A DNA stretch of 63,048 nucleotides, filler included, from Octopus bimaculoides (Eukaryota): NCBI RefSeq assembly GCF_001194135.2. It is 7 parts of 7 records of this genome, joined end to end, with 100 filler letters (N's around TTAATTAATTAA, not from the genome) between each part and the next. Parts side by side here need not be neighbours in the genome. Positions count along the whole stretch, not along the records: positions 10,672 to 35,941 come from NC_068982.1; positions 36,042 to 42,257 come from NC_069001.1; 5 more parts are not named here. One strand, given 5' to 3'. This document shows positions 24,764 through 36,889 of the stretch, in pieces; position 1 is the first letter of the stretch, and each line of letters opens with the position of its first letter. The notes below the pieces were generated by a model. It made no database searches. It was not told the DNA's origin and saw only the letters and a list, made by a program, of their open reading frames with translations. The position numbers and the translations under genes were made by a program.

Positions 24764-26509
24764 CACACACATATACGCACACATACCAGCAATTGCTACT
24801 TTCTAAGTATCCTTTGGTATGTTGAAAACGTTCCAAACACTTTAGTATAATAGTGATGCTTGTATGTGTATACGTATGTAATAGAGTAAACCTATTTACG
24901 TACATGAAATTACGCATATCCACCCACTTCTAAATGATAACGGGTTGGAAGAAAATAGAAGAAACGACTGTTACCTGAAAGCTTTCAAAACATGATAGAC
25001 ATACAAATAACAAGTGCCTAAAACACCTTGTTATAGAGTATATTATTTAACGATAACAAATCAATATATTTTCTGATTTTTGCCATAAATTCTTAGTTCT
25101 GATTTTTTTCTCTACTTTTTTTTTCATGAAGTTATATGTACATAACTTCGATGAATCATAATCTCAGATGTTTAAAACATAGGCCAGAAAATAATTTTAA
25201 AAGAAGGTTAAAACTGAAAAACTATGAAAAAGAACCCCCCCCCCACTTCCAATTTCTTTTTAAAGATTCGTTGATGTGACTTGAGTCGCTCGTTGAAAGT
25301 ATCATTGCCGAACCTTGTTGGGAGTGAAGCTGCACGGAAAATAACTGATGCAACAAACGGGTATTTAACTGAAATATCGGATACAGGGATATTGTTAGCC
25401 GTTTGCAATTAACAGCATTAATAATTACGTATTGGGAAAGAAACAATTCTTCTGAAATTACAAGAAGCTATCTGTGTGATAACATGCGGTCCGCTCAAAA
25501 TATACGAAATTAATTGCGCGTATCTCCGTGTTGACAAAGGTCATTGAATGTCTGTCCTAGGCTGTCCATGGCTCATGGTGTTTGACCAGTTATTTAGCAG
25601 TTAAGGTTTCGAATCGCCGCTACACTGCTAAGCATTTTGCTCGCCTTGCTAACGATTCTACCAGCTCGCCGCCTTTGTTAAAATGTGAACAATATTTCCT
25701 TAACGTGTTTAATAGTTATTGCTACTTAAGGTGGCAAATGGCAGTTACATTTAGTCCCTTTTGAGGGATGTTTATCATCATCATCATCAATAATATTAAT
25801 ACGCTAACTTTTTGTTTTTGTACGTACCTGTTGTGTGCGTCACACTTACTTCGAAGAAGTGGTAAAGCAAGAGAGAGGAGGACAGAGAGGAAGAGAGAGA
25901 GAGAGACAGGGAGAGTGAAAGAGAGAGAGAGAGATTGAAAGAGATAGTGAGTGGTGACAGCGTTCGTTTTGTGTTTTTGAATGTTTCAGAAAAGACGTAA
26001 GACAGTAAGAAAGAGAGTGAGAGACAAAAAGTGAGAGAGGAAGAGAGAAAGAGAGAGAGACAGTGATTGGTGACGGCATTTGTTTTGTGTTTTTAAATGT
26101 TTATCACATCGCAAGAGAAGTAGACACACACACACATATATATACGCATTGTTAAATCAAAAGCGAGAGATAAGAGGGACACAAAGGAAGTGAAAGAGAA
26201 AGTGAGAAACAGAGAGAGACAGTAGATACATAAATCGAAAGAAAAGTTTATACATAGATACATACACACAGCAAATATTGGATGTCAATTTCACTTTCTC
26301 TCTTTCTCTTTTATTTCTTTTGTGTCCCTCTTATCTCCCGCATTTCAATTTGTACATTAAGGTTCTTTGAATATGTACGATGTATTTTTAAGGCTAAATA
26401 GTAATTACGTTTACGTTTGTGTAACAGATATTTTGGTTGGATTATATAGTCATTGGTGTTATATTACTTTCTATATTCTGTAACTGTCACAATATACTTT
26501 TCTAGGTTT

Positions 26510-26665
26510 GAATTTTTTGTGGGGAAGGGGCCAGTTGATTAGATCGACTCCAGTACACAACTGATACTTAATTTATTGACCCCGATCTTGAAAGGATGAA
26601 AGGCAAAGTCGATCTCGACAGAATTTGAACTCAGAACGTAGAGACTGACGGTCATAATATACAAA
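26510..26665 (-). mobile_element. SINE family C fragment
   Basis: GGATGAAAGGCAAAGTCGA..GAATTTGAACTCAGAACG shared with 39315-39510 and 40470-40950. Confidence 0.75.
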
Positions 26666-26687
26666 TATTTCTCATGGCACCGATACA

Positions 26688-26888
26688 CTCTTTTACTTGT
26701 TTCAGTCTTTTGACTGTGGCCATGCTGGAGCACCGCCTTTAGTCGAGCAAATCGACCCCAGGACTTATTCTTTGGAAGCCTAGTACTTATTCTATCGGTC
26801 TTTTGCCGAACCGCTAAGTTACGGTGACGTAAACACACCAGCATCGGTTGTCAAGCGATGTTGAGAGGACAAACAGACACACAAACAT

Positions 26889-26942
<54 letters not shown>

Positions 26943-27099
26943 GATGGGCTTCTTTCAGTTTCTGTCTACCAAATCCACTCACAGGGCTTTGGTCGGGCCG
27001 AGGCTATAGTAGAAGACACTTGCCCAAGGTGCCACGCAGTGGGACTGAACCCGGAACCATGTGGTTGGTAAGCAAGCTACTTACCACACAGCCACTCCT
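26688..27099 (-). mobile_element. Full-length SINE family A
   Basis: Complete head (reverse complement of AGGAGTGGCTGTGTGGTAAG...GGGTTCAGTCCC), internal (CA)(TA) array and tail. Confidence 0.92.
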
Positions 27100-29099
27100 A
27101 CACTGTTTACAAATGCTTACATTTATAAATGAAAATAAGAAATAAGTGGAAATTTTAACGGTGAGTGTGTTAAATTTTAAGGCACAATAAGAAAATGACT
27201 CTCCCCAGACACAACAGAATACATTTTTTGTTTTCCGGGAATTTTTCACGGGTCCAGCTAGTTATTATCATTGTTATTACATTTCCTTCATATGTTTAAA
27301 ATATTTTTAATTGTTTATCTTTTTTTTTAAACCGAAAGCAAAGCTAAAATTTGCAACAAGGATAATTTACGAAAGTTTAAAAGAGAACATTATACCCTTA
27401 GATCGTCCCATGTATTTCCTTTTTCAAAAGCGTTGAGGTGTAGCTTAATGGAAAGTTGGCTTCTATTTCTAGCAGATCAAGCAATCTCTAGCTCTTGACC
27501 ACTGTTTCTTTTGTGTTAGGGAAGAGATATAAAATGACCCTTTCTAGTTTCCTAGGATTCCAGTTATAAACAATTACGTCGAATAAGTATAAACATACAC
27601 ACAGACGTACGCACGCTTTTGGATTGTAAACGCATAGCCTGCAAAGTGTGATGTAGCGGTCATGAGTTCAAGAAAGGCTACACTTCATGCCGATATTACT
27701 ATTATCCTCAAGTCTTAGGGGAAACATGTATGTATGTCAGAAAGAAAGAGAGAGAGAGAGAGTGTGTGTGTGTGTGTGTAATGATAGGAATAGCATTCGT
27801 ACAAAGATTTACAGGTTTAAATCAAAAAGCTTTTCTGCTGAAGAACAGAAGTTGGTTGTAATAGAGTAAAGGAGTTATATGGCTTATGCCATGGTTCGGT
27901 AGATACAAAGCTCTACAGTAAAATACCAGATATACTCGTATAAAAGCTGACCTCAGGTAAATATCGACTCTCTAATTATGACCCTCAAATTAGGAATTTT
28001 CCTTAATATGTCCTGTAAAATCGACCCTGTTTCGTGACAGGTAAAGGATCTGCTAATTGTGATGGTTAGGAATAAAAGGACATGTGTTCATATTTATAAA
28101 AGCTAAGCGTCCTTAACATGTTTTGATGAATAAAACTGATATTATTATAGTACTTCACTCTACTCCTTATTTTTTCTTTGTCAGAGATCATTTGGGTTTC
28201 TGCTCATGATACGGAGTTTCGGAGTCTAATGTGAATTTCAGCTCCTGGATAGTAGTATCCATGTATACTAGGAAACCCGGCCTATAGTAGAAGGCATGTA
28301 TGTAAAGTGCCGCGTCAGGGAATTGAACTCTAAACCACGTAGTTGCAAAGTAAACTCCTTAACAACATAGCCGTGCCTGTGTTCAGAAACCTGCTTGAAT
28401 TTGACGCTGCTCTTTGATTGGCTGAGGAGATTGTTATCTCGCTGTGTTTATGTATTTCATATGCCTGGCTGAATGTTCTAAATGGTAGTGGCTGTAGGTA
28501 GGGGCTGAACCTGGTTCGTGATGAAAAAGGGTATAGGAAAAAGAAATACAAAATCTCGAAGAATATGGTGATGGAAGATTCCATAAGAAGAAATGATCTA
28601 GCAAATAGATTTTTTGAAGTGGGAGGAATCATACGGAGTGTTCATTATATGGATATTTGATAGGAAAATAGCAACTAGAAAGATGAATGCTGATAATCTT
28701 GGGAAAATATACTTGTAGTTCAAGGGGGATAACTCTTCGTGTAATATTTGCGTGAATCATCTTTCGCATACGCGCGCGCACGCGCACGCACACACAGGAA
28801 CATGAAATAAGACTCGCATGTAATTGCTGTCAATGCAGACACATATATAATGCTTTCGTGTGTATATATATATATATATATACATAATCCATACATTTAT
28901 ATCCTTCATTTTCAGGCTTTACCTTAGGGACCCCCTTATAAACGCATATGAAATTTATACATAAATATTTGCTTAAAATAACATATTCTTACATTTATTT
29001 TTTTAACAATATTTAACAAATAGGTTTATTGTCAATTAAAAGATTTCGATTAAAAAACATATATAAAATCAAATTGCCCATAAAAAGTATTTCCTGTCT

Positions 29100-29146
29100 A
29101 CGGACCCCCTGTCTTGTCCTTGCGGACCACAGTTTGAAAACCCCTG
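29100..29146. mobile_element. hAT (Charlie-like) MITE terminus
   Basis: Reverse complement reads CAGGGGTTTTCAAACTGTGGTCCGC, resembling hAT-Charlie ends. Partner end and TSD not clearly found. Confidence 0.4.
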
Positions 29147-29245
29147 TGTTAATGTTCCAGAGAAAAGAAAGTTAGTAAAAGTGAGAGTGGTGGGACGAGA
29201 CAGCTTCTACGTTTGCTAATTCCAGTTGTCACTCTGTGAATTTAC

Positions 29246-29629
29246 CTCAGTCGAGACAGCATTTCGCTTGAGCAAGTCAACCGCCTCTCTGTCAGTCACT
29301 CTCACAAACTGACTTCGGCTTACGGAGTCCTTGTTTTTATAACTATCCAAAACCAGCCAGAAGGATAGACATATTGTTGAGAACAATAGATTTCGTTGGA
29401 AGTCTGTTATCTCTATTCTAGCTTTTGGTGGCCTAGAAGGGTCAAGTGGCAAAGACATTCTGCTTAGCGAAGGCATCTGGCAAATGTAACTGCTGTCACT
29501 TACAGAAAAATTATTGTCTAACCGTGAGAAAAGTGCTGTTGAACTGTTAAGTGAAATTTGGCTATCGAGGATCGAATCCACGCCATGCCTGCATGAAGCC
29601 ACTAGATTACCCCCACCTCCAGAGAGGTT
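29246..29629 (-). CDS. Candidate internal coding exon of an unidentified minus-strand gene (Ser-rich, 128 codons; shorter 42-codon form possible)
   Basis: Lies in a 163-codon non-repetitive open frame. Long pyrimidine tract + CAG acceptor (29630-29632). Donors GAG|GTAAAT (29246) and TCT|GTAAGT (29504) both give phase 0-0 exons. The other two frames close within 10 codons. No domain recognised. Confidence 0.4.
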
Positions 29630-30436
29630 CTGAGAAAAGGAAACGAACGATTGAGCAAGAGAAAGAAATGCATGGCTGAAATTTTGCATATCAGGAGAGA
29701 GGACCATTTAAGTGTATACGGGACAGATATTTATTCAAGTGAGCCCGAATAGCGGTGTCGCTTTGCGTGCTAGAATGTGCAGTCAGAAACTGGGCAGTAC
29801 GAAAAATGAGCTAGTGCATATGCACGAGTGCAGGTGCCCTGTAAATTAAGCTCAGGTGAGTGAGTGAGTGTATTCTCAATCCATGATATCGAAGATCTTC
29901 AATGCAGAATTGCAGTGTATGAAATGCCTTGAAGGTTTTTCAGAAGTGAAATGTGTCTGGTGTTGTCATGGGTAATTGATGAGGTTAGCAAGAACGACAG
30001 TGTAGCATGCTGGGGTGATGCGCGAGACAGGTAATTTTCTCCATTTATTACGCAACCAAACAGGTCTAACAGAGGGAAATTATGTTGAACATGAGCGCAG
30101 AGCATGTGAACATCCAACGTGCATAGGGTAGGGAAAGGGCTGAGCTAGTACAGGCGTGTTGAAAAACAAGGCAGTAGAGGCATAATAGAGTTGCGTGTGT
30201 GTGTGTGCAAATGCGTGCGCAAGGCTGAGGTAGTAATGCTAGTGCATTGATTACAAATACAATGTACAGTGTTTAATATGCCAGTGATTAAGGCAGTACT
30301 GGATATACCAGCTGATGCATGAGGTATTAAATGCCTTGAACGTGCAGAAGCAAAAGTGTGGTATACTGGTGTGTTGTAAGGGACAAACAACTTTCACTAT
30401 GTATACGTGGCCGACCTAGGATCTTACAGAGGCGAG

Positions 30437-31009
30437 GGATCTTTTTTAAAACGGGGGCCACATTTTTCATTAACGAAACACTTTGAAACTTGGAACACTG
30501 GTAGAATGTGTCACATCTTTTTCTCTTAGTCTTCTTAAAAAAAAAAGAAATCCATAAATTATTCCATGTTAAAGTTGTCGTATTTCTGTAATTTCAACCA
30601 ATCACTGACGTCCATTCAGCCGATGTACATTAAGTGCCGACTACATAAACAAACGATTCTGAAACAATTAACCCTAACCCTAACCCTAACTCTAACCCTA
30701 AACCTAACCCTAGGGTTAGGGTTAGGGTTAAAGCAAATTTAAAATGAAAAAAGCAAATAAAACGAAGAATCGTGTGTTTATGTAGTCGGCACTTAATGTA
30801 TATCGGCTGAATGGACGTCAGTGATTGGTTGAAATTATCGANNNNNNNNNNNNNNNNNNTTTTTTACATGAAATAAATTCGAATACAAAAATATTTTTCT
30901 GTTCTATAACACAAAATAGATAAGTATACGAAGTTTGAAAGTCTTTCGGTACCAAAAACACTACGTAAAACATTAATGAAAAATGTGGCCCCCGTTTTAA
31001 AAAAGATCC
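30437..31009. mobile_element. Non-autonomous TIR element (MITE) with 8-bp TSD and telomere-repeat palindromic core
   Basis: Perfect 37-bp TIR GGATCTTTTTTAAAACGGGGGCCACATTTTTCATTAA. TSD GAGGCGAG at 30429-30436 and 31010-31017. Internal 72-bp inverted repeat. Confidence 0.92.
30669..30731. repeat. Interstitial telomere-type repeats in (CCCTAA)n-(TTAGGG)n inverted arrangement
   Basis: Seven TAACCC units (two variant) joined through CCCTAGGG to three TTAGGG-phase units. Confidence 0.95.
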
Positions 31010-31504
31010 GAGGCGAGTTGTGTCTACAAGGGCACAGGGAGCAGGAAAAACAAGCAGGAAAAACAAGCAGGAAAGGCATATGTGGTGCATGAATGTGACA
31101 GTGTTAGCATGTATGTGTGTATGAACAATGTGTGCAGATGCATGCGCAAGGCCAGGCGCTGAGGAAAGGTGCCTGCGTGTGTGTATCTAACAATACAAAC
31201 ATTTTCAAAGTGAACAAAAAAAGAAAGTACATGCAAAATATGAATAATAGTATAGAACATTCAAAAAGATATGCACATGAATTTAGTTGTTTTAGTGAAA
31301 CGAGTCGTCGCGGAATTTGTGCATTGTACATTGCATCGCAGTATAATGCTTCTGTAGCAGGTCGAACGAAGGTGCATCAGTAGACAGTGGTTCTCTGTAG
31401 ACGGGTTCACCAAATGTATGTGACAACTGTACATGCAAAGGTGAAGGCTGCAATTCTTTAACTCGGGGTCACCAATGTAACGACAAAGATTTATTGCAAC
31501 GGCG

Positions 31505-33681
31505 TGTTGTAAGATGTGGAAGATGAACTGCAGTTGAAGTTGTAAAGAGATATTTATTTACCGTTACTTTGTATATATCCAAAACCACGATGGGTTGGTA
31601 TGTATAATTAGTAAATGGAAAAGCATGCGAGGAAAAAAAGAGTTAATTTCGGCCTATGTGTGTGTACACGATCTCATAGTAGTATAGAGAGATATGGGAT
31701 AAATGTAGAGAATAAACCCTGTTACTGAACACATGCATAAACATCAGCACAAGGAATATTGGTGGGAGCATTCCCATCAAAATTTTTACCAAGTGCAAAC
31801 GTAATAGGCTGGATATTGCTCTTTGGGACGAACAAGAAAAAATTTGTACTGTCATAGAGGTTAGCTGCCCTGCTAATGTGAATATTTCTTCGAAAATTAA
31901 GGAGAAAAAGGACTGTAGTGAAACTACCTCTCTCACGGTTATATATTACAAATGCGAGCGTAGCAGGAAACAACTCTTTCCCGCCTGCTGTGTCATCACC
32001 TGACTGACTATTATTTGCGCGGGTAAATTATCTCCAGTCCGTTCGCCCCAGGACGCAAACCGACCAACCGTAGCCACTAATAAGGTCACGTGAGAGAGTG
32101 TTTTACTGATGCTCTCTGGAGCCTATCTGTACCTATAAATAGCNNNNNNNNNNAGAGTGTTTTACTGATGCTCTCTGGAGCCTATCTGTACCTATAAATA
32201 GCCTAACTTATCCCCGTCAATTCGTCGCGGCTACAGATCTCTAAGATCTGGTCGTTGACCAATACGTAACACCAGCCAGCCAGTTTCCAGCGACGACATC
32301 AACAGCATCGTTCAAGTACGTACTACAAGCATCGTCGCCAGCGTCAACATGACTTCTCCACGTACACAAGCTACCAAACAGCCACCGCAGCTTCTCAACT
32401 CTGTTTGTGTGATTTGCTCGCCACAAAATTAACAGCCAGAACTCAACCTGCGAAGAACATCTGTATCAAGAATCCGGCCCGGCATCGAAGCCTCAACATC
32501 ACGACAAGTGACTTAGCTCTGCCTTAACCATAACCTCTTATATACAGACCTACAAATCTACTGTGTACCTTAACAGAACTGGTATCTTATTATCCTGTGT
32601 TACAGACTCTTTCTATGCTTCGTATCTCTTGCATTCACATACATATATTTGTATACACACTCTTTTGTTTACATGACGGCCTGTCTTATATTGTGTTTTA
32701 TTATATCGCATTCACACACACACACAGACATACAGTTTAATGCTCCAATAAATCTTACTGTTATTCATCTTTATCGGTTGCGTTCCTATCTTTTATTTTA
32801 CTGGCACTCCTTCGCATTTCACATGCGAATTCTCTATGTTATAGTATTATAACATATATCATTATATTTTGTGTCGACCGTGTGACGCGTTTAAAAAGGA
32901 GCCTGTTTTCCATTCGTCACCATTTCTCCTTTGGTTCGCATGGTCGTTCTTACAAGACAACTACAGATAACTGCTTTGAAACCTGCAGCTTCTATATTCA
33001 GATCATAAATTTTCATTTACACCAATAATAACTAATGCACTTGGTTTTAATCGTATATGCCTGTAGTGGATCTTGCATGCATGAAGTGGATTCGATCCAC
33101 TATAGCCAGGAAACAATGTCTTCACCACTCGACCCTTCCTAACCTCTTCTACATCACCAAAGGCTAGAATAGAGATAACAAGACCACCAACTAAATCTAT
33201 TGTTCTCAATAATATATCTATCCTTCTGGATTGTAATAAAAACAAGAGACCCCATGCAAAACGGCAGTAGTCGCTTGGCGACAACAGAGCGAAGCAACTA
33301 GTGATAACTCAATTAGTTAGTGAACGGACATCTACAGATATAGTCACAAGCAGGCAGCCATTAAAAGACAAACGACCAGAGGGAGAAAGAAGGTTACAAC
33401 CAGCCAACTATGAGACACAACTTCCCTCGACTCTATAACTATCACTAGCTCGCATTCTTTTCTCTGTAACATTACCACATCTCTCTCTATATATATATAC
33501 TACTATGAGAATGTGTACACACATATACAGGCCGAAATTAACTTTCTTTACCTTGCATGCTTTATGAACTATGTTATACTATTACACTAACCTACCCGTC
33601 ATGGTATGGCATTTATTAAAGTAACGGTAAATAAATATTTCTTTACAACTTCGATCACTGTTCATCGTTCATCTCACAACC
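31505..33681. repeat. Pair of diverged, roughly 200-bp inverted repeats (about 31505-31700 and 33470-33681)
   Basis: Shared blocks GAAGTTGTAAAGA.ATATTTATTTACCGTTACTTT and GTTAATTTCGGCCT...GTGTACAC..TCTCATAGTAGTATA in opposite orientation. Confidence 0.8.
31712..31925 (+). mobile_element. Fragment of the restriction-like endonuclease (RLE) domain of an R4/R2-type non-LTR retrotransposon
   Basis: With one frameshift: HKEYWW/IPIKIFTKCKRNRLDIALWDEQEKICTVIEVSCPANVNISSKIKEKK, matching the W-D..P..NRPD..E..P..N..EK pattern of RLE LINEs. Confidence 0.75.
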
Positions 33682-34460
33682 ATTATATGCCTAATTGACA
33701 ATTTGGAAAAGCTACGGTTTTCTGAAAAAAATAAATAAAACTCAAGACGGTGCTCCAGCATGACCACAGTCAAATGACTGAAACAAGTAAGAGAATAAAG
33801 GAATAAGAAAACGCCCCATCTCACATGTACATTACAAAGACAGTCTTGTTAATGGATCAGTAATAATATGCAGTAAAATGAAAAAAAAAATCAAGCACAT
33901 AACATTTATAAAGAACGAATATCAGTTCTATCGCCTGAGATTTGAAACCGCATCTCAGAATTACTGGTCTCACTTTCGCCTGCTAAATCAGTTTGCACCG
34001 GGGAAAAACTTCTTTGAACTGTCAATTGAAACAATGACCGAAGAGTTTTTAATGACCAGCTAGATGAAATTAAATTCAGATGAACCAGATCTAACCTGAA
34101 TATTTAGCTAAGGTTTGTCCATCTTTCTTTCGACTGCAGACTGTTATAAATATGACCAGCCAGCCAAAACAGGTCAGTTCCCTGCTCATGATCATGATAG
34201 CCTGTTGCAGCCGGTTTTGGGACTGAATGAGAAACGCTGTCACTGGGTCAAGCGAAAACTACTGTAAGCATCTCTCCTTTCTCCCCTACTCATTTATTTC
34301 ACACTGACATTCATCTACTCACACGTGATTAATCTAATTGTCATGCCTACCACATTTACGAATTACCCTTTCTATCACATCTGTCATACACCCTTTTCTC
34401 AGTAGTAATTTCACAAGGCTAAGTAGATTGTCAACAAATGTATACCGTTAAAATTATATA

Positions 34461-34831
34461 CTCTTTTACTTGTTTCAGTCATTTGACTGCGGCCATGCTG
34501 GAGCACCGCCTTTAGTCTCGCAAATCGACCCCACGACTTATTCTTTGTGAGCCTAGTACTTATTCTATCGGTCGCTTTTGCCGAACCGCTAACTTACGGG
34601 GACATAAACCCACCAGCATCGGTCGTCAAGCGATGTTGAGAGGACAAACACAGACACACAAACATACACACACACACACACACACATATATACATATGAT
34701 GGGCTTCTTTCAGTTTCCGTCTACCAAATCCACTCACAAGGCTTTGGTCAGCCCAAGGCTATAGTAGAAGACACTTGCCCAAGGTGCCACACAGTGGGAA
34801 TGAATCCGGAACCATGTGGTTGGTAAGCAAG
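34461..34831 (-). mobile_element. SINE family A, nearly full length, cut by a gap
   Basis: High similarity to 26688-27080. Confidence 0.9.
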
Positions 34832-36116
34832 NNNNNNNNNNNNNNNNNNNNNNNNNNNNNNNNNNNNNNNNNNNNNNNNNNNNNNNNNNNNNNNNNNNNN
34901 NNNNNNNNNNNNNNNNNNNNNNNNNNNNNNNNNNNNNNNNNNNNNNNNNNNNNNNNNNNNNNNNNNNNNNNNNNNNNNNNNNNNNNNNNNNNNNNNNNNN
35001 NNNNNNNNNNNNNNNNNNNNNNNNNNNNNNNNNNNNNNNNNNNNNNNNNNNNNNNNNNNNNNNNNNNNNNNNNNNNNNNNNNNNNNNNCATCTTCGTTAC
35101 ACATTGTTTTTGTTAACTACGTGAAAACAATAGAGCTTTGTATTTAAAAACCAGCCCCTTCTTTACAGGAAGATTTCAAAGAATTAAAAAACCCAGAAAA
35201 GAACGCACACATACTTGTTTCACTCGGGTTTTAATCGAATAAATCAACCCCGGGGCTTCTTTTTTTAAGTGCTGTGTGATGTGAGGGCTAAGAGGAAATG
35301 AAAGTGTCACCTCTGGATTTTGCAAATGATCACTATACCAATAGGTAACTGGACAGAATAAATTTACAATCTATGAATGTTTTCCATTAACTAGTCACTC
35401 ATCTGGGAAAGCCTTGAAATCAATGTTACCATTAGGGGACTATGTGTGACACAGTGATAATAAAAAGACTCAAAGGAGGTCTGCAACCAAAAAACTTTAC
35501 TGAACACTTTGCAACTGAATCAGTAGAGGCAAAGATGCCTCTCATTTACTTGACAATTTATGCATCACATTGTAGAAATCACAATGTAAGTATATCTCAA
35601 AGCAAACTCTTACATGTTTTACCATTGAATTACAAATAATGCTCATCTTTTATGCTTGGGTGACCCTATAGCTTCCAAGAGTACAACTGTATTCGTCTTC
35701 GCTTAGATAAAATGACTAAATTGTGGGTGTTAAGTCCGCATAAAGGGGTCTTTGTAACTTCTAAGAAGATGAAATTTTAGAAATATTACTTTATTTGTGT
35801 CTAATATTTATGGTTAAAATTTCATCAACAGCAAAAATATATGAATTTTCATGGAGATTATGACCCTTATGCCTAGAATACAATTTCCGAATTTCATAAA
35901 GATCCATTCAGTACTTTTGACCTAGTTTTGGATCATAAAAANNNNNNNNNNNNNNNNNNNNNNNNNNNNNNNNNNNNNNNNNNNNTTAATTAATTAANNN
36001 NNNNNNNNNNNNNNNNNNNNNNNNNNNNNNNNNNNNNNNNNTATAGAAAAGGAGAGAGAAAGAGAGAGAGAGAGAGATACAAAAGTAGATAGATACATGC
36101 ATACATAATATGCATA

Positions 36117-36306
36117 CGAGGTCTGATCAATAAGTATCCGAACTGTTGCCATAGTAGCAAAGCTAAAGCACGCAGAGTAAAGCAGCTTCGCAGAGAATGA
36201 CCTTGAACTGTGCAGTGCACGCGTACTAAGTTCTAACGCTCTGGCTCACTTCTGCTGTTTGCAGCATTGCTTGGAAGACAGGTGTGTTCGTCACATTGAA
36301 CATGAC

Positions 36307-36363
<57 letters not shown>

Positions 36364-36889
36364 AGGAGGGAGAGAGGGGGAGAGAGAGAGCGCGAGCGAA
36401 AGGGTTGTTATGGTGACACCTGCTCAGTGGCCCAAGCAAAGCCGCAGAAACAGTAGGAAGGGGAGTGTATGAGCCGCGTACATGTGTACGAGAGGTTCAG
36501 ACGTTTCCAAGACGGCCGAAAAAAATGTCGATATTGACGAACGTTCTGTAAGACCTGCAACCAGCAGAACTGACAAAAAACAACGGAGATGTTCGTGCGA
36601 CTGTGAGGGGAAATCGTCAATTCACCGTCTGTAAGTTATCAGAGGATGGGCAGATTAGTTACGGTTCAGTTCAGTCCATTATCACTGAAGATTTGTGTGT
36701 CAAGTTTGTGCAAAAACTGCTTTCAGCTGACCAAAAAAGACACTCGGGTTTCAGTAGCACAAAATCTCCTTGACTGTCGACAATGATGAAAACTTTTGTA
36801 AAACTTTGCGTATGCCCCTGAGCGGGTACCACCACCCTTTTGGCAAAATTTGATGCAGATTCTCGTCTCAAGTTATTGATCAGACCACA
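36117..36889 (+). mobile_element. Internally deleted mariner (irritans/Hsmar2-like); N-terminal transposase only
   Basis: TIRs CGAGGTCTGATCAATAAG / TTATTGATCAGACCACA with TA at 36115-36116 and 36890-36891. Peptides VYERFRRFQDGR, DERSVRPATSRT, QISYGSVQSIITEDL and KFVQKLLSADQK; catalytic domain missing. Confidence 0.88.

Noticed and set aside
30669-30731. Ancient telomere-telomere chromosome fusion site
   Set aside because: Orientation is CCCTAA then TTAGGG, opposite to a fusion, and the array lies inside a TSD-flanked element.
32095-32202. 49-bp direct repeat
   Set aside because: Identical copies on either side of a 10-N gap; a typical unmerged contig overlap.
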